The notes under the pieces were generated by a model that had not been told where the DNA came from, searched no databases, and was given only the letters and a program-made list of their open reading frames with translations. Shown here in pieces: positions 36,050-49,397 of a stretch of 64,000 bases of DNA. How positions within the stretch are numbered: position 1 is the stretch's first letter; the number at the start of each line of letters is the position of its first letter. A program made the translations under genes and the position numbers. This DNA is from Hypomesus transpacificus. Taxonomy: Eukaryota. The stretch spans positions 12,968,768-13,032,767 of the forward strand of contig NC_061076.1 of the NCBI RefSeq assembly GCF_021917145.1, given 5' to 3'.

Positions 36050-36700
36050 CGCTGTTTTATTAATAGCTGGTTACACAGGCTAGCTAACGTTAGCTAGCGA
36101 ACAAACTATGGGTTGCTTGCAAATTATGGTAATTAGCAATGTATTGATCCTAAATCGTTAGCTAGCCAATGTACCGCTAGTTAGGTTTTTAGCTGGCTGT
36201 TTATAGTGCAGCCGATAACTCTGAATTATGATTATACCTGAGTAAAATGATGAAAGCTATTAATGCAGTTTATTAGTTGTACTGGTTAGCTAGTTTTTCT
36301 AGCTAATGTTAGCCTCTAGATTACGATATTATAAGGAAGGCGAGTGTTTTGGTAACGTCTAAGGTAAGGGCATCAGCGTACTGTAGAGCAACGTTAGCAA
36401 TAAAGCTTGTAATATCACACACTCTCCGGTCAGTTATCAAGCTTTTTTAACTAACCAACTAGCTAGCTATCAAACTGCTTGATAGCTAGCATTCCCCTAT
36501 GACTATGCGTAGTGCTAGTGCCTGAGTTGGCTATCGAGATACGCAGATAACCTGGCCTAGATTAAGCCTTCAAAATATGCATCGACAATATAGTTAGCTA
36601 GCACTAGAGAGCGTCCCACTTTCCTAACAAGCCAACTCAGCAATGATCAGCCTCTTTTCAATTAGCTTTAGCATTCATACTAACTAGCTTGCTGCGTGAT
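36050..36700. repeat. Low-complexity region dense in palindromic GCTAGC / GTTAGCTAAC motifs
   Basis: More than 15 occurrences of 'gctagc', 'ttagctagc' and 'gttagc' in 650 bp. It lies upstream of SH2B1 coding exon 1. Confidence 0.6.
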
Positions 36701-37348
36701 ACAATTATACAGATGCTATGATAACATTATAGGTAACTGACAAGAAAAGTGTCAGGTTTGCCAAAAATGTAGTACTGGTTGAATTGTAGACTGCCATTTA
36801 ACTGCTATTTAATTAACGACACCGAACTGATTAGTGTGCCACATTTTCTGCTCCTATTTCTAACTGTAGTTGTAATGTGTGGTAATTATTTTGATTTGCT
36901 TTACAGGCTGTGATCATGTCATCTCTTGGATGTTAATGAAGAGGAGGCGCACCTTTTCTGTTATACATATTTACCCTTGTCCTCCCTTTCTCCTTCCCAC
37001 TTGCATTTTCTAATGTTCAAGACATAAGATTTTGTGACTGTATGAAAATATGTAGCTCAGAGTTTAGTACTACTTTTATATTTGTAGTCCCTTTTTTCCA
37101 CCAGCACTCATGGGTGTTTGGTGCACAAGCCTTTATTTCTGTAGATTTTAAATGCGTCAGAGGTTACTCTGTGCCAAGCCTACTGGATTTCAGGAGTTCA
37201 CTCCTATTTTTTAATTAGTTGACCGATGTGTTTATCCCTGTTTTCCCTTACCCAGGCGTGCAATTACTCCTGGTTCCCTTTCTAACCCCTCCGTGGTCAA
37301 TCATCAGCCTCTTAGCTAGCTAAACACAGGTACTATCTATCTAGGAGA

Positions 37349-39079
37349 ATGAACGGCTCTCTTTTGACCCCACCTAGCCCACGGCCAGCAAACTCATCTC
37401 CCTTGCCCCCCTACCCCTCTCCTCCATCTCCCTCCTTGCTGCCTCTCTCTCTACGGCCACCGCAACTACCTCTTCTTGTCACCTCCCCAACCCAGCCTCA
37501 TCCCTCCTCCCTGTCGGACACACCCACACCATCCCCCTCACCCTGTTTAAGCTGGACAGAGTTCTGTGAACTGCACGCCCGTGTTGCAGCCGGGGACTTT
37601 GCCCGCCACTTCCGGGCTTTTCTGTTGGAGAACCCACACTACTCCCCAGATTCTGCTGCAGCCTTCTGCCGCCGATTCACTGACCGCTTCATCCGCCACT
37701 TCCAGAGTGAGCTTGAGGGAATGGTGCCTCCAAGTACTGCCACTGACAGAGAAGATACAGGGAGCTGGGCCCCCCAGTCTGATGCCACTTCATTGGAAGA
37801 GGATGCTGCCTCGCCACCACCGGTGTCTGAGGGAGTAATTCTCCCCACTGCTCCCATCAACCCAGTGCAAGCCCCGCCCAAGCACACGCCCACCCGTCTG
37901 GTGTTGGAGTACCGAGAAGGGGACAGGTTTCAAGACTCTTACGCTCACACACAGATCCTCCCCCCTTCCTCCTCCTCCTCCTGCTCCTCCTCAGTGGGAG
38001 GGCATAATGGAAGGCTGAATGACAGGGGCGCCACAGTCAGGTCCTTCCCTGCCGTAGTCCCAGGCAACGGAGAGGCAAGGGCTGAGGAGGAGGGAGACAG
38101 CTGGGTGGGGGTAGTGGCTGTTGGGGAAGAGGCAGAGATAGTGGATGGTGAGTTGGAGCCAACAGAGGCTTGCTTGGACAATACAGACCATCCTCTCCAA
38201 ACTGCCACATCCACCACCATGGCTCCTCCTCAAGGCTCGGGTTCCAGGAGCACCTGCGCACCCTCGTCAGGGGGAGGCAACCCCTCCAAAACCAAACTCA
38301 AGAAGCGCTTCTCATTACGGAGTGTGGGGCGCAGTGTGCGAGGCAGTGTTAGGGGTATCCTGCACTGGCGTAGCTCATCTAGTGACTCACCTCAAAGTCA
38401 GTCTCCACTGCCATCAAGCTACAGCTACACTATGGGCGTGCAGGATGCTGCCAAGAGGAACTCTGGTACTCAGCCCCCAATGCCAACCTCATCCATGCCT
38501 GTGTCTCTGTCGTTACCACTCTCCCTCCCCCACTCCTCATCCTCCTCCCTTCCTCCCTCATCCTCCAGCAGCGCCACCTCCCTTTCTCTGTCCGAAGCAG
38601 CACGTGACCGGCGCAGGAGCAATGGTGAGGGAGGTGGGGATAAAGAGAAGTGGAGCCTCCGGCTGGACAAGCTGCGACTGTCGCGCTCGCCGCCCCCAGT
38701 CCTATCGTCCGCCCCAGCATCTGCTGTGGTTTCACCCACGTCCTCCCTGCCTCCCAGTAGTGCTGTCGCCTCTGCCGGACATCCAAGGAAAGCTGGCCGC
38801 CTGGTACGGGAAGGCGGTGTGACTGTCTGCTCATCTATGGATGAGTTCGCTGGGAGCCACACCTTCTCAGGGTTCTCCTTCGGCTTGCTCCACCACAGCA
38901 CGGACAGTAACAACGCTGTCTCCACCGTTGGGCCTCCACAGCAGACGCTTGCCACCGGGGGCACTATGAGCTGGAGGGGCGGCCGCTGGCACAAGTGTCG
39001 GCTGGTCCTCAGAGAAAGAGACAAAGATGGTGGGGAGCGGGGAGAGGAGTACTACCTGGAGTTCTTCATTCCACCAAAA
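37349..39079 (+). CDS. sh2b1: SH2B adaptor protein (best match SH2B1), first coding exon: N-terminal dimerisation domain, Pro/Ser-rich linker and the start of the PH domain
   Basis: 'WTEFCELHARVAAGDFARHFRAFLLENPHYS...FCRRFTDRFIRHFQSELE', '...[28 protein letters not shown]...' and 'WHKCRLVLRE...EYYLEFFIPPK' match the SH2B1 hallmark motifs (as recalled from human SH2B1). The GTAAGT donor is at 39080. Confidence 0.8.
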
Positions 39080-39971
39080 GTAAGTTGAACCTGTTCCTAC
39101 TCATCGATTTTCGTTAGGACCAGACAGTTTTGGTGTTGCATTCATCTGCCTTGCTATCCTCTATATATATATATATATGTCTCTCAATATTGTGAAAAGA
39201 AAAAGAACATTGTCTATGCTTAGACTCACCTAATGCCTTTCAATGCAGGGTAAGTACAGTCCAGGAGAGTATTGAACGTTACGGAGTAACTGAAGTATGA
39301 GAAGTATAAGTCTCTGAAATTAAAGGCTGGGTTGTTTTTACTCAGTCCCATTCACGTTTCTGAATCCAGATAAGCAAGCCAACACACTTTAGTCTGTTCT
39401 GTCTGGCTTAAGTTTATGAGTAGGGTGGGATTTAAAAACGAATATATATTTAAATGCCAGATGAACAAGATTGGTGTAGTGGCATACTCGACACTGTATG
39501 ATTTGTATTTGAATTGTCAGTGAAGATCTGTTAATATAAATGTGAAAAAATAGATAGCACTACTTTCCTGGAGTCAAGATGAGTTGATGCCTGTTTGGGA
39601 CACAAAATTAAGTAAAACTGATAATGGACATTTTTTAAGGAAACTCTTTTTGCCAAATGGATGTGCAAAAAAGTAAATAAATCATGGTGTCTCACATTTA
39701 TTAGTATTACACTGGCTGCTAAGTGGTGTTAGATGGAGAAGATCATACCATGTAATTTTATTTCATTAATTTTGTTAGAGCTAGAGAGTTTGTCTGACCT
39801 ACAACTTTTTCTTAAGCTATCAACTGCAATGTGTGAATTTGAACAAAGTGGTTAGTGCATAGAATGTGTTGATAGTAGAGTGTTTACAGATGATCTTATG
39901 AAGACATTCTAAATATACATTTGACCGGTGTCTGGTGGTCATTCTTGACCTTTTTTGTGCCCACTTCCTAG

Positions 39972-40073
39972 TCCTCCAAGCCCAGGCTGACAGTCCAATG
40001 CTGCTCCATGGTAGACGTGAGAAGCACCACTGCTCTGGAGGTGCCTGACAAGGAGAACACCTTTCTCCTACAG
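39972..40073 (+). CDS. sh2b1: SH2B1 exon (PH domain)
   Basis: AG acceptor at 39970-71 and GT donor at 40074. Encodes '[34 protein letters not shown]', matching human '[34 protein letters not shown]'. Phase 0 is continuous with exon 1. Confidence 0.8.
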
Positions 40074-40360
40074 GTCAGGCATCATGCTTTTCTACCCTTA
40101 TCTTTCGTCTGCCACTCCCTCCTACTCTCTTTCTTTTTAAAATTTGTGTTCTTCTAAACAAAATGTCTTTAGTCCTCCCAAGTAAAAAAAACAAACAAAA
40201 AAAGGACAACCAAGTAGATTGCTGAAATTACACTTAAATTGTGTTAAATTGAAACCGCTTAATTTATACTTACTGTACTGACTGAGTTATATCTGAGATG
40301 TGCTTGAATACATTATAAATATATTTTACATGTATTTTTGATTACTTTTGTCTCCCTGTA

Positions 40361-42211
40361 GCAGCCACCGTTAATGTAATAACTGCCAATAATGTAATAC
40401 ATTTTCCATTCGTAATGTAATAAAGGTTGATCATGTAATAACTTATCAATAATGTAATAACATTTCTGAACCAATAACGTAATAACTTTTTGCCCATTAG
40501 GTAATAAGTTCTTACACTATTGGCTGGCTATTACATTATTGGCCGTGATAATAAAAAAGTATAGAAATTGTAATAATTGGAGCCGGTAATGTAAAACTAC
40601 ACATATCACTGCATGTTTACATTTGATCAAGTGTCAGACTTCCATAACACTTATCGTTACTGTTGCTTCTTTAAAATAGCTGCTAAAAACCTGACCAATT
40701 CTGACTCCTGAATCTTAGTCCTAACTCTGAGAAAACACACCCACTCTCTCTCTCCCTCTCTCTCTTTTTCTCTCTCTTGCTCTCTCTTTGAATTAAGACT
40801 GTGTATTTGTTTGTAGACTTAACACCAGCCTTGCCTTTTACTCCTTAACCATTTGAGTACTAAATTAAATATGAGCACACATGTTTGTAAACACAGACAA
40901 TTACTCTTATGTTGTGTAATATGAAATCTATGCCTCTTTGAAAAGGCTCTTCTCAAATAAAAAACACAACGTTTCTTTCCATGAAAGTGTATTTAAATAA
41001 CTAATTGATCAATGTAAGCAAATTGAATTGTCATCCTCACTGAGGGCGTAAAGTTGCCTATTCCACCACAGTCGAACAAGAGCAGCAGACTGGATCCTTG
41101 ATCTCTGTGCTACAGGGACATTCAATTCCCCCTTCAGTGCCTTGAGTATCACATCATAGGTTTCATCTGACATAGCTCTCTGTCAATGTCCTGCACATAC
41201 CCAAATGATACAGGACAGGATTAAGATTCTTTGCAAAATTCTCATTGTTACAGCTCTGACATATGAAGTGGGGTTAAATAGTAAGCCACATCCTTTATCA
41301 CTACTGAAGTGCTGCAGTGTCAAACCCTGGTCCTGAAAAACTACAGAAGGTACATGCACCCTTGTCAAATCAGACGTGAGTTTTATGGATTTAAAGAGAT
41401 ATCACGTTTGTATGGAATTGATGTGTACTGATTGGAAAGTGGCACCAAGCATTCTACAACCACATTATTTCCTTCTATAAACTCTAAACTGAGGACATTA
41501 CATAATGGAAAGGTAATTAGTGATCAATTTTAATGTGTGATAAGGACGACATAAGTTTGCAAACAACTGACGAAAGCCTATGGTCATAGTCACAGGATAA
41601 CCTGTCAATCAATTGCCTAGTGGTCAGTTATGAGTACTGCAAAATTAAATAGACATTTTCAAGAATGAACTGTGTTTGCAAATGTGTGCTCATACTTCAT
41701 TTGGTACTCAAATGTTAAGAAGTAGAAGGCCAGGTTGGAGATAAGTCTACAAACAAAGTCTTAATTTAAAGAGAGAAAGAAAGAGAGTGTGTCTGTGTTG
41801 TGTGTGTTTTCTCAGAGTTAGGACTATGGTTCAGGAGTCAGGATTGGTCAGGTTTTTGAGCAGCTATTTGGAAGAAGCAACAGTAAGGGTAAGTGTTATG
41901 GAAGTCTGACACTTAATATAACTTTAATACAGTGATATAAGTATATTGTTACATTACCAGCTCCAATCATAACAATAAAAACAGCCAATAATGTAATAGC
42001 CAGCCAATAATGTAAGGACATATTACATCATGGGCAAAAAGTAATTACGTTATTGGTTCAGACATTTTATTAAATTATTGGTTCAGACATTTTATTAAAT
42101 TGTTGGTAAGTTATTACGTTATCGAACTTTATTACATTAAGATAGGAAAATGTATTACATTATTGGCAGTCATTAATTTAATGGTAGTTATTACAATATT
42201 GGCTGCAACAG
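40361..42211. mobile_element. Foldback/TIR element (~1.85 kb) with ~550-bp inverted arms (40361-40910 and 41640-42211) and a 730-bp spacer
   Basis: The arms are reverse complements over their whole length. The outer termini are 'gcagccaccgttaatgtaataa' and rc 'gcagccaatattgtaataa'. The arms are rich in 'taatgtaata'/'ttattacatta' subrepeats. Confidence 0.65.
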
Positions 42212-43054
42212 TCCCAAAATGGTAAAAACAAAATAGGGTTCCTGTGGTAGGAAGGTTCCTCCGGTATAAATAAACAAAACATCATTTGACACAGTAGTTA
42301 GAGTGGTGTAGTGGATACGGCTGGTTGTATACCAGTGAGAGGGTTGTGTGTTTTGTCTCAGGTTCCTCCAATTCTGGGTTTTTCCTGCATTTAGGAATTT
42401 TTGGCGCCCCCAAAAGAGGTTTTAGCGACCGCCAAGATAAATCACCAACACCAAAATTATAAGAACAAATTTAAGAGCATTCACAAATCCTCCCCAAATG
42501 TGTTTTTAATAGCAACTGTACAACAAGCAGAACTTGAACTTAAATACGTTTTTGACTTCCAGCAGTCAACTCCCCTCCCATCCACAGCCGCTATATTTTA
42601 CACATGCAACTACATTTTTAACCAAGCTGCAATGTTTTGACTGTGCCTGAACGATTCACTCCCCTATGAAGCTAGCTCCCAAAAAGCCCATTCTGAGCAC
42701 CTGCCAACTGTTCTTTTTTATTATAATAATAATAATTTAAAAAAGAGCAATATAATATTATTAATACAACTTACACCTTGAAACATGCATACAAGAGCAA
42801 TTGACAATTGTTTTGACAAGAAAATTAATGCAACTTTAACCTTATGTACTTAGTATGTGCCACACAAAAGGAACATGCTGAATGAATGCCAAAGTTTGTT
42901 CTCTGGGATCTCAGAATGTATCATGCTGCCAATAAACCATCGAGTGTTTTCCGATTTCATGCTTTTTCTTCCACACTGTTGACTGCATTGTAAGGTAGTG
43001 TGTGCAAGAGTGACATCAGATCACATACTTTGAGATGACTTCTCTCTGTATTAC

Positions 43055-43519
43055 CAGAGAATGTCTAATAGGGGAGAACTCTAGTTCAATATGAGGGCGC
43101 TAACAGGCAAGTGCAGAATGAATGGAGGTCTATGGAGCCATACCCCTCAAAATCCACTTTTCTCAGGATATAATTTTTTGTCTAGTAATTTGAATGTTGA
43201 ATTCAAAAGGGGAGGAACAAATACACACTGCTAGGTGTTAGCCTTTTTTTAATCTTAAAAAGCCTTTTAAAATGTCAATGACGTCATACACATCGTACGA
43301 CCAGAGATACTGCTTTACGGCAAGCTCTGGTCACTTCCTTTTTTCTCTCGAGGCATCGACAACACAGCTGATAGGTTAGGCTCTCCCTGTCAATACACAT
43401 GCAAGAAAGAGTTTTGGCTTGCTAATGTGCAAGCATGTAATGCTCTGACATTCTGGTTCCGCTTCGGATGCCATCAAGTGGGATCTCTGGTCGTAGTCAG
43501 TCCTTCACTAACCAATCAG
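43055..43519 (-). mobile_element. MITE family C, 3'-half copy
   Basis: Reverse complement of copy 1 from ~11240 to ~11766. Confidence 0.6.
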
Positions 43520-44539
43520 GTGCTTGTTCATTGCAGTTGTGTTCCCCCCTTACAAGAAATTGCTTTAGAACATATATTGCACATTGCACATCGTAGCTAT
43601 TGCAACAAAAGGTTAAATGAAGCGAAGTAGCGTGTGAAGCAATTACATTCTTCTTTGTTTAGTTTAAAGGGGGTTGGCATGCCATTCAACTGAATATAGT
43701 CATTTTATTCGTCAAACGTTGTATGTTTGTGCACCAGTGATTTGATTTAAGTAACATTACTTATTTCTCAAGACTTAAGTCAACGTTACATTATATTACT
43801 TAGTCTCAATAGCGGTATCGATAAGCTTGGACCTTATTGATATTCGGGTTTTGAGAAATTTGGAACCGGGTCCTTACAGAACCGGTTCTCGATACCCATC
43901 CCTAGTTCTGGAGGAACTTTAAATATCGGTGAAATTCTATACTTCAAGTAAGCGATGTTAACGATTAATGACTAATCAATGAATTGCTGTTAAGAATTTA
44001 ACCAGTAAAAAATGTATCAACCGACAAAGTCTGCCTTGTTAGACTAGAAATGGCAGTCATTGCGCCCCAGTGTTTCCAATATATTCATCATCGCCGCTGC
44101 TTCAGAATTGTATGACATGCCATGAAGTTGCGACTACACTCCATGGAACTCAAATGAACGGGCTTCTGCTCTATCTCCACTTGAGAGGATGAGCAACTGG
44201 AACCTTGACAAGACATCAAATATGACAACCAAATAAATAACAGCGCAAGTACTGTAAAGCACTTTGTACTCGCTCCGTCAGGCAGTGACAAACAGGGCAG
44301 AGGATAGCTATGGCTAGTAATAAGCTACATTACCGAAGAACTATAAAAAACGTAGATTTAACTAGCTAACGTTGAGTTAGATACATTTAACAATTTAAAT
44401 TAACTTTTGCTATGTATTATTTATTGATGTTCATGGCCAACTAATTATTCTTATTTCTTATATAGTAAAATAATGTTCCAGCTAGCACTTACTCTAGCAA
44501 GCTACAGTGGTACTACTACTACTACTACTACTACAAAAA

Positions 44540-44745
44540 ATGGGAATCAGATGGCTGAGCGGTGAGGGAGTCGGGCTAGTAATCAGAAGGTTGCCGGATC
44601 GATTCCCCGCCGTGCCAAATGACATTGTGTCCTTGGCAAGGCACTTCACCCTACTTGCCTCGGGGGGAATGTCCCTGTACTAACTGTAAGTCGCTCTGGA
44701 TAAGAGCTTCTGCTAAATGACTAAATGTAAATGTAGTTAGCAAAC
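44540..44745 (+). mobile_element. tRNA-derived SINE, preceded by an (act)n microsatellite
   Basis: 'gggaatcagatggctgagcggtgagggagtcgggctagtaatcagaaggttgccggatcgattcc...ctgtaagtcgctctggataagagcttctgctaaatgactaaatgtaaatgtag'. Confidence 0.75.
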
Positions 44746-44804
44746 TTTTATACTGTTAGTTTAAATGTTTGTACTTCATTGTTTGAATCAAGGTTTATCA
44801 TAAT

Positions 44805-45818
44805 GCAGGGCTCAACGTTAAACTGTTTTGCCACTGGCCCCACTGAGCCAGTGGGTTTGAAACGTACTGGCCCCAAGACCATTTTTCCTGGCCCCCCCTC
44901 CAAAAGTTGTAATTTTTCATTTTTACAACAAAACCAAAGACTTATTCGTTATGTTATTATTTTAACATGTTTAACCATTTATTAAACACATCCTGGATAT
45001 AAAAAGAACAAAAACTAAATCACATTTCTAGTGATAAAAAGTTAATAGTCAGCAAAACAATTGAGTTTTAACCTCAAACATGACGTGCTCTCTCCCCTGC
45101 TGACAGCCATCTCTGCACAACTCTGGCTGAAACTGTGAAACCTCTAGTCCCTCAATGCTATATATAAAAGCTTTCATAGCATTTCATCAGTATGATACTG
45201 AGTATGCAAGTCGACACCATTCTTCTGCTGCAGTTCAATAGCCCAGGGGAACGAGGCGAAAGGCTGTCCCGTCTTAATTATGTGATATGCCGTTGTTATA
45301 AGTCGTGCAATAACACGATGGGCTTGGATTGTCAACCAGCCGCTTAGCTGTCACGCAAACCAGGTGCTGTCTGCTATCAGCATGACTGGTCAGGGATTTT
45401 TTTTGAAAATTGTCGGTGCCTGTGTAAAAAAATCCACTTTTGTCTGCTTTAGACGGGAACCTACCACAGACGACATAGTTCATCTTAGTTACATAAAAAA
45501 AGTTGCTTCCGTTTGAGCTCGTAGCTCTCCTTCACTTCAGTGTCTCGCACCAGTTGTCAAAATGTATTGAGATTAGAGAATTACAATTTGACAACCACTC
45601 GTCACTCACTACTCAACTCTTGATTGGCCAACTTTGCGCCCACAAACTGCGAAGTTATTTATGCATTTAGCAGATAGCAAAACATGCAGGAAGTTTTACA
45701 ATGCAATTTTTTTTCAATCATTGCTTTGCAGTGGCCCGATCGGGACAGTGAGTTGCTAGTTTAATTGTCCCGACGTTACTTTTTACTGGCCCCGGACCAT
45801 CGTTATTGTCGAGCCCTG
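44805..45818. mobile_element. Putative hAT-like element (~1 kb) with TIR 'cagggctcaacg...tgtcgagccctg'
   Basis: Inverted termini of ~12 bp plus the subterminal 'tggcccc'. The TSD is imperfect (tcataatg / taatgaat). Confidence 0.35.
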
Positions 45819-46839
45819 TAATGAATGTGCTGCAATATGTTGTACAACTGAGAAAATTAGTACATTTTCTATTGTTGTCCTTAATGATGAGTCAATTATT
45901 GATTGTTAAAATGTTCATCTTTCGGTGAAGGAAAATGCACAACATTTGCAATCCTACTTAAAGTATATTAATATGTGGTCACTAATACTTTTAGTGAATT
46001 ATTAATATTAATACATGAAACTACAGAGTACACTGTAATCTGATTTTTGTAAAAGTTGTATATATTTACCGATGATACACTTAAAATATGTTAAGCAGAA
46101 AAGAACAAACAGCAAATCCAGATACTTAACTTGAAGCCAGAAGAAACTTGGTTTGAAATAGTGAAAATGTATATATGATATCAAACTTGAAAGTGTCTTA
46201 TTAAGCATCCACAACAATCTGAGTAAAAACAAACATTCTAAACTATTAAAAAACCTAGTTCAAAACCAGCTCATTTTTCAGTTTAGACCATTTCTCAAGA
46301 CTGTGTAGGCATGTCTGATAATGCTTTGATTGGCATCTCGACAGCTCCACCTATGTCAAACAATCTCTCATAGCAACAGTCACACCCATAATGTCTATAT
46401 TACTCCTGAGTAAAATAGATAGATAGTGCAATGGAGATAGATGCCACTCTCAAAGCTAGCACAATGAATACAATGCAAAATGATGGTTAGCTAGTGCCAT
46501 ATTGTTATTATAATTATCTTTGACTTGAGGTTTTGTTGCAGTTGCGCTTGTTGGAGGTGTGACAACTGACATGGATTGTTTCATTATTGGTTTGCAATAA
46601 TAATAATAATAATAAAAAAAAAAAAAATAATAATAAATACCCTAGCATAACCCCGCCCAATTCAAACCCACTATCAGGAACCATAAACAACGTCCGTGTA
46701 GGAGTTTTCATCATTACACTTCTATTATTAGCTTTTTTTCCTGATTCCTTTTCAGTGGTGAACAATACCTCCACAGTTTCTGTAAGAAAATAATTGATAT
46801 AAGGATGTGCCCTTGATAGACGAAACTGACACTTTCTAC

Positions 46840-47798
46840 TAGGGCTGTCCCCATTTAGTCGACTAGTCGATTTTCTGGTCGATATGCTTTTGGTCGACTA
46901 CGATTCTTTTAGTCGAGCGGCCATATGGCAGTGTGAGATCTCATTCCCCCTTGTGTCATAATTGTTGAATTAACAAAATGTTCAACAGAAATTGTAGATT
47001 ATATTATTTAAAACAAATAAACCAACTCTAAAAATATATAATTTAAAAGAAAAGGTGTTACTGTTTTCCCTTTCGTTAATCTGTGCTTTGTTTTGGTTTT
47101 GGTATTTTGCACACGGCACGAGCACAATTGGTTGCAGAACAACAAACTGCCATAGCCTACTTTGTCGGTGTTATTAGTCAAAATGGCAAAGAAATCTGTG
47201 GTAGGCTATGGCAGCATTTAATTAAAGTACATTTACAAAGTACCGGGTGACTCGAAAAACGTTGAATGCAAACTCTGCTAACAACGGTTAATTTTTCATA
47301 ATTCGACGTCGAATAGGATGTAGCCTACCACCTGAAAAACATAAGTTGGTCTAGCCCTACTTCGCTCATGCTAACGCAATGGGTTGAAGAATGAAAATGC
47401 CTATTATAAGAATCACATCAAAATCAAATGACATTATCTTCTCCGGCCAAGACAACAAAATCTTTCTCTGTTCGCATGCAGCAAGTTTTCAGGCAGTGAT
47501 ATACACTCTGATGATTTGCATGTTAAACAAACACATTTTTTATTTGTAGTACATTGTAAGACATACTAAATACCATCGGCATTCGGTTACAACAGGACTG
47601 GTGATACGAGTCTTATTATTAATAGGCTATTAGCGGCTGAATCTGCCATGTCCAGCAGCCATTGAGTCAGATCGCAAAAATGTTTGTACGTTTTACATTT
47701 TTTTAATTTTTTGCGTTTCAAAGTTCGATTAGTCGATTTTCAGACGTTTTAGTCGAGTTTTGGTCAACCAAAGAAAATCTTAGTCGGGGACAGCCCTA
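46840..47798. mobile_element. TIR element (~960 bp) with termini 'tagggctgtcccc...ggggacagcccta' and subterminal 'tagtcga' repeats
   Basis: A 13-bp perfect TIR. The flanking 8-mers are imperfect (ctttctac / tgtcatac). Confidence 0.55.
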
Positions 47799-48112
47799 TG
47801 TCATACGCATCCATTGTCCTAGCAACGCGTCATGGTTACGGTTAACAAGTTAGCTAAATAGCAAGAGCTAACCTAGAGAGCCATCCTATCAACCAACGTA
47901 GAATAAACCCAGATTCTAACCTACCTAAACATTTATTCAATAGAAACTCAAAGGTAGCAGGCAGACGACTTTATAGCTTTAATAATGCGTGTGTTTAGCA
48001 GCTACAGTGACAACATATATTAAAAAGGCTCTCCCTAATAAACATGAATAGACAACACCAGACAACTGTGGTTTTGCTTTTTCTGGCAGTCAATCATCAG
48101 TATAGCGCCTGT

Positions 48113-49397
48113 TAGGGATGCACGATAATATCTGCACGTCATCGGTATCGGCAGATAAAAGCTTCAAAACTTAATTATCGGCATCTGCAGATATGAAACT
48201 TTCTGCCGATGTACCTGGCCGATACGGTGACGTGCAAATTATGCGCACGCGAAGCAAATGTTTAATTAAGCAATAAGCCCGTCGCGTTGTGCCCAACAAC
48301 TCCCCTTACCTGTTCTAAAATCAGCGCAAAACATGGACTTGCAGGCCTTAATTCTTTTCTAAAACTGTTACTACAAATATTTGATATGGTTTCATAAATA
48401 AAAAAAATCAAATTTGAGAAGTAAAATAGTTTAACAATAAACCATCATTCTTCCGCCACTACAAAGTATAGTTCCTACATAAATCGTTGCCACGAAACAA
48501 ATTGAAAACAGTGGACGCCCCATATCGTCTTTATAGTGCCGGCTTCATTCCTTGCCTTTGCTAACGCTTCGATTTCAGTCTCTGTCTTCTCTGCATGCCT
48601 GGTCTTTTTAAACTCTTTCTCCTCCATTCTGTCAATAGTCTCCCACCACTCGTCAAACGTCAGCACACCCAGCGAATCAAAATACACAACAAATGTTGCC
48701 ATTCTCTTTACTCTTTACGACTAGGTTCGCCTGCTACCGTGTAACTTTGTAACGTCTTTTTTTTTATTTATTTTTTTATATTCGATGCGCAGTATTATGG
48801 ATTTTTATGTTATGAGGACAACTTGAAAGGTTATGCTGGATTTTACAACGGCATGGAACGCGATATAGCCAATCAGAATCAAGGATTGGAACAATCAGTT
48901 TTAGAAGTTACTATGAGCGCCAACAACATGATTCAACATGTCGGCTGTGTGGCAGGACTTCACAGTATCAAAGGATGATGACAAAAAGGCTATTTGCGGA
49001 GTTTGTAAAGTGTCAGTGATGCGATATATTTTAAGTTTACAGAGTTACAGCTGCATTTCTGTGCTTATGTGTCAAGAATGTGTCATTGTCAACAACACAG
49101 TTTTAAGGAAACTGTAGTTGTTCAAGTTCATGGAGGTACTGTTCAAGTATGAAAATTGTGAAGTGAAAATATAAATAAATCTGCCATATTTGAAATCATT
49201 TCAATAGTTTTCATGAGTGAATGTCTATTTTCTAAAATGATACAAATCAAGTTTTTAATGTCCCGTATCTACAGCAAGTACCCCATCATAATAACAGATT
49301 AATTCTAGTACAGGAGACACTTTTCAATAATTAAAAAGCAGAGCTGTATATATCGGCATATCGAATATCGGCTAAAATTCAATATCTTGCATCCCTA
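48113..49397. mobile_element. hAT element (1285 bp, non-autonomous) with a perfect 8-bp TSD 'gcgcctgt' and a BED zinc-finger remnant
   Basis: TSD at 48105-48112 and 49398-49405. The TIR is 'tagggatgcacgata...tcttgcatcccta'. A BED-finger-like peptide '...VWQDFTVSKDDDKKAICGVCKVSV' is encoded at ~48930-49010 (+). Confidence 0.75.

Noticed and set aside
37566-39024. Many 60-225-aa ORFs on both strands overlapping the SH2B1 first exon (e.g. 38145-38822 +, 38470-39024 -, 37945-38261 -)
   Set aside because: They are alternative-frame and antisense artefacts of a long GC-rich, stop-poor coding exon. Only the 37349 frame carries SH2B motifs.
43790-43911. 'ctagggatgggtatcgagaaccgg' hAT-like terminus at 43911 and a similar 'ctagggatggggataaata' at 57791
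   Set aside because: I could not find matching opposite termini or TSDs. They are probably isolated terminal fragments, so I did not annotate them as elements.
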